55,658 nt of DNA from Actinomycetota bacterium. Its GTDB lineage: Bacteria; Actinomycetota; UBA4738; HRBIN12. The stretch is taken from positions 1-55,658 of the forward strand of contig JBMDWR010000167.1 in the NCBI GenBank assembly GCA_048594645.1, written 5' to 3'. Of this stretch, positions 52,957 through 55,658 are shown piece after piece. A program made the translations under genes and the position numbers. Positions within the stretch are counted from its first letter, which is position 1. Every line of letters begins with the position of its first letter. Under the pieces are notes generated by a model. The model saw nothing but the letters and a program-made list of their open reading frames with translations, did not search any database and was not told the origin of the DNA.

Positions 52957-53825
52957 CCGGGCCACGACCGCACCGCCGTGAACCCCTCCGGAGGCGTCGG
53001 CGTCATGGTCGGCTCGTCGCCCATCCACCGATCCCACAGGATCCGCGCGGGATTGAAGACGGGTCCGTCGATGCACGCGCGCAGGTTGTCGTACCCGGAG
53101 CCGTCCTTGCGGATCACGGGCACCGCGCACGACGAGCAGAGCCCGATCCCGCACGCCATGTGCTCCTCGACGGCGAACTGCGACGGGAGGGCGCGCTCGG
53201 CACAGAACTCGGCGATGCGACGCAGGGTCGCGCGACGCGCCGCCGCATAGACGACCTGCGCGCCCGTCGAGTCGACGACCTCGGCCAGCGACTGGACGAC
53301 ATCGCCCGTCTCCCCCAGCGTGCCGTCCTCGGTCTTGATCACGATCGTCTGCGCGAGCCGCTTGGCTTCGATCGGCTTGAAGACTTGATCCTGTGACTCA
53401 CCACCTACCAACATGTCGACGCGCTTGCCGCGCGCACGGAGCTCCTGCCCGAGGAAGTACATGGACGCCGAGCCGTGCCCTTCGCAGACCAGCAGGCACG
53501 ACGACAGCTTCGCTGGGTAAGCGAACCCCTTGCCGAGCGGGCCGATCACATCGAGGAACTGATGCGTCTTGACCTCGGAGAGCCACCTGGTCCCCGGACC
53601 CACGACGTCGAAGACGAACTCGAGCGTCCCCGCCCAGCCGCCGCGCCGGGAGGCCTGGTGGATCGAGAAATGGCGTCGCAGCAGGAACGTGCGTTCCTGA
53701 GGCATCCCCACGGAGACGAACTGCCCCGGGCGAACGCGCTCGGCGATCTGCGGAGCGACGACCGTGATCGAGTGGAACGCGCCCACGCGCTTCGCGTTCA
53801 GCACCTCGGCACGGACGCGCTTCAC
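52953..53825 (-). CDS. pyrK: dihydroorotate dehydrogenase electron-transfer subunit (FAD / 2Fe-2S)
   Basis: GTG 53825 overlaps the carB stop (GTGA). It has a ferredoxin-reductase-like fold pattern (RRHFSI, GPLG) and the C-terminal cluster motif [11 protein letters not shown]. Confidence 0.88.
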   Translation of the reverse strand: MKRVRAEVLNAKRVGAFHSITVVAPQIAERVRPGQFVSVGMPQERTFLLRRHFSIHQASRRGGWAGTLEFVFDVVGPGTRWLSEVKTHQFLDVIGPLGKGFAYPAKLSSCLLVCEGHGSASMYFLGQELRARGKRVDMLVGGESQDQVFKPIEAKRLAQTIVIKTEDGTLGETGDVVQSLAEVVDSTGAQVVYAAARRATLRRIAEFCAERALPSQFAVEEHMACGIGLCSSCAVPVIRKDGSGYDNLRACIDGPVFNPARILWDRWMGDEPTMTPTPPEGFTAVRSWPG

Positions 53826-55658
53826 GACGCGACCCCGGCCGGTTGCTCCTCGAAGGCGAGTCGCTGCTGGACCGCCGCCCGACGGGCGGCTTCGTGCGCC
53901 TCCTGGAGCGACCTCGGCTCCCCCGGCTCGCCGCGGAGCGCCTCGATGCCGCGGAGCGCCGCGAACAGACCGGGGAGCGTGGTGATGGACGCGATCCCGG
54001 CCTGCGCCGCCGCCGTTCGGATCAGCGAGCCGTCCGTGCGAGGACCGCGTCCGAACGGTGTGTTCACCACCATGTCGACCTCGCCGTCGCGGATCAGGTC
54101 GACGATGGATCGCCCGCCTTCGGACACCTTTGCCACGCGTCTGACGGGGATGCCGGCGCGCTCGAGCACGGCCGCCGTCCCACGCGTGGCGAGCAGCCGG
54201 AACCCGAGGTCCGCGAGTCGCTTCGCCGGATACACGATCGCGCGTTTGTCCCGGTTGGCGACCGAGACGAACACGGTCCCCGTGTCCGGGAGCGACGCGC
54301 CGCTCGAGACGAGCGCCTTCGCGAGGGCGCGGCCGGGATCGGCATCGATCCCCATGACCTCGCCCGTGGAACGCATCTCGGGCCCGAGCACCGTGTCGAC
54401 GCCGGGGAACCGGCCGAACGGGAGCACCGCCGCCTTCACCGCCGAGTACGGCAGGCGCAGGAAATGGCGTGGGTCGCTCGGCAGCAGGCCTTCGTCCCTC
54501 GCTTCGGCGAGCGTCGTGCCGAGCATCACGCGCGTCGCGACCTTCGCAAGCGGCACCCCCGTGACCTTCGAGACGAACGGGACGGTGCGCGAGGCGCGCG
54601 GGTTGGCCTCGAGCACCCAGATCCGCTCGTCCTTGCTCGCGAGCTGAAGGTTGATGAGGCCGCGTACGCCCAGGGCGAGCGCCAGCGTCCGCGTGATGCG
54701 CTCGACTTCGTCGAGCTCCTCGTCGGAGAGCGTGGCGGGGGGAACCTGGCACGACGAGTCGCCGGAGTGGATCCCCGCCTCCTCGATGTGCTCCATCACG
54801 GCGCCAACGAACACGTCGGTCCCGTCGGAGACCGCGTCGACGTCGATCTCGATCGCCCCCTCGAGGAACCGGTCGATCAGCACGGGATGCTCCGGGCTGG
54901 CGTCCGAGGCCGTCGCAACGAAGCGCGCCAGCTCCTCCTCGTCGTAGACGATCTCCATCGCGCGGCCCCCCAGCACGTACGAGGGCCGGACGACCACCGG
55001 GTATCCGATCCTGGAGGCGATCTCGCGCGCCTCGTCGACGTCGTTCGCTTCCCCGTGGTCCGGGATCGCGATCTCGAGGTCGCCGAGCAGGGCGGCGAAC
55101 TTGCCTCGGTCCTCGGCCAGGTCGATCGAGGCAGCCGGCGTGCCGAGGACGCGGAACCCGGCGGCCTCCACCTCCCGCGCCAGGCGCAGGGGGGTCTGTC
55201 CCCCGAACTGACAGATCACCCCGACGGGCCGCTCCGCCTCGCAGACCCTCAGCACGTCCTCCCCGGAGAGCGGTTCGAGATACAGACGGGCGCTCGTGTC
55301 GTAATCGGTCGACACCGTCTCCGGGTTCGAGTTCACCATGACCGGGTCGTAGCCCGCATCCCCGAGCGCGAACGCGGCGTGGACGCAGGCGTAGTCGAAC
55401 TCGATCCCCTGACCGATGCGGTTCGGGCCGGCACCGAGGATGACCACCCGCGGGCGTCCGGACGTCGCCACCTCGTCCTCCTCCTCGTACGTCGAGTAGT
55501 GGTACGGGGTCCCCGCCGCGAACTCGCCGCCGCACGTGTCGACGGTCTTGAAGACGGGACGGACGCCGAGGGCGACGCGGCGACGGCGCACGCTCGCCTC
55601 GTCGGAGCGCGTCAGCTCGCCGAGCCTGCGATCCGAGAGCCCGACACGCTTCGCGCCG
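53822..55658 (-). CDS. carB: carbamoyl-phosphate synthase large subunit, C-terminal ~610 codons (5' end outside window)
   Basis: It covers the second ATP-grasp half ([19 protein letters not shown]...[11 protein letters not shown]) and the MGS-like allosteric domain ([11 protein letters not shown]...). The reading frame stays open to the window edge. Confidence 0.93.
   Translation of the reverse strand, partial: GAKRVGLSDRRLGELTRSDEASVRRRRVALGVRPVFKTVDTCGGEFAAGTPYHYSTYEEEDEVATSGRPRVVILGAGPNRIGQGIEFDYACVHAAFALGDAGYDPVMVNSNPETVSTDYDTSARLYLEPLSGEDVLRVCEAERPVGVICQFGGQTPLRLAREVEAAGFRVLGTPAASIDLAEDRGKFAALLGDLEIAIPDHGEANDVDEAREIASRIGYPVVVRPSYVLGGRAMEIVYDEEELARFVATASDASPEHPVLIDRFLEGAIEIDVDAVSDGTDVFVGAVMEHIEEAGIHSGDSSCQVPPATLSDEELDEVERITRTLALALGVRGLINLQLASKDERIWVLEANPRASRTVPFVSKVTGVPLAKVATRVMLGTTLAEARDEGLLPSDPRHFLRLPYSAVKAAVLPFGRFPGVDTVLGPEMRSTGEVMGIDADPGRALAKALVSSGASLPDTGTVFVSVANRDKRAIVYPAKRLADLGFRLLATRGTAAVLERAGIPVRRVAKVSEGGRSIVDLIRDGEVDMVVNTPFGRGPRTDGSLIRTAAAQAGIASITTLPGLFAALRGIEALRGEPGEPRSLQEAHEAARRAAVQQRLAFEEQPAGVAS

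Noticed and set aside
1-55658. Search for CRISPR arrays, rRNA/tRNA genes, toxin-antitoxin pairs or defence-system hallmarks (large ATPase, nuclease or helicase genes of unknown function).
   Set aside because: All gaps between called genes are short, at most ~170 nt. They are accounted for by promoters, operators, hairpins or the FMN riboswitch. No repeat-spacer structure or unexplained large ORF remains.

Overview
High-G+C chromosomal segment, judged by eye from G/C-dominated third codon positions and stop-free antisense frames; G+C was not computed. It is most likely Actinomycetota: the actinobacterial mihF is present and the order pheST-rplT-rpmI-infC ... rpe-rsmB-fmt-def-priA-metK-coaBC-rpoZ-gmk-mihF-pyrF-pyrD-pyrK-carB is actinobacterial. 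The window has two parts. (A) Positions ~1-23.2 kb are an accessory metabolic region. It encodes hydantoinase A/B plus CoxG, an LLM-type oxidoreductase, a MarR regulator, an SDR and an orphan molybdenum-hydroxylase large subunit. It also encodes a 5-gene peptide/opine-type ABC importer, a degenerate UbiX-like protein, an MFS transporter and a PNPOx-like protein. A tightly coupled minus-strand operon follows: UbiD - FAD subunit - 2Fe-2S subunit - Mo large subunit - VOC - UbiX - NTF2/APH-type kinase. Five copies of one 20-22 bp palindrome (RTATCT-N8-AGATAY, spacer always containing CGT) sit in the four divergent intergenic regions of this region and in the leader of the ubiD operon, and I saw it nowhere else in the window. 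This suggests a single MarR-controlled regulon for an undescribed prFMN-decarboxylase plus Mo-hydroxylase pathway. (B) Positions ~23.3-55.7 kb are conserved housekeeping genes: tyrS, class A PBP with PASTA domains, mpg, polX, argF, pheST, a TrmH-type methyltransferase, rplT, rpmI, infC, csp, an FMN-riboswitch-controlled rib operon, REC-GGDEF, rpe, rsmB, fmt, def, priA, metK, coaBC, rpoZ, gmk, mihF, pyrF, pyrD, pyrK and a carB fragment. Oddities in this half are a SpoU/TrmH methyltransferase fused to a histidine-kinase transmitter module, a TyrRS with non-canonical HIGH/KMSKS motifs, a PriA with no recognisable Walker A or DEAH box, and infC and gmk without canonical start codons. No rRNA, tRNA, CRISPR array, transposase or integrase was recognised.
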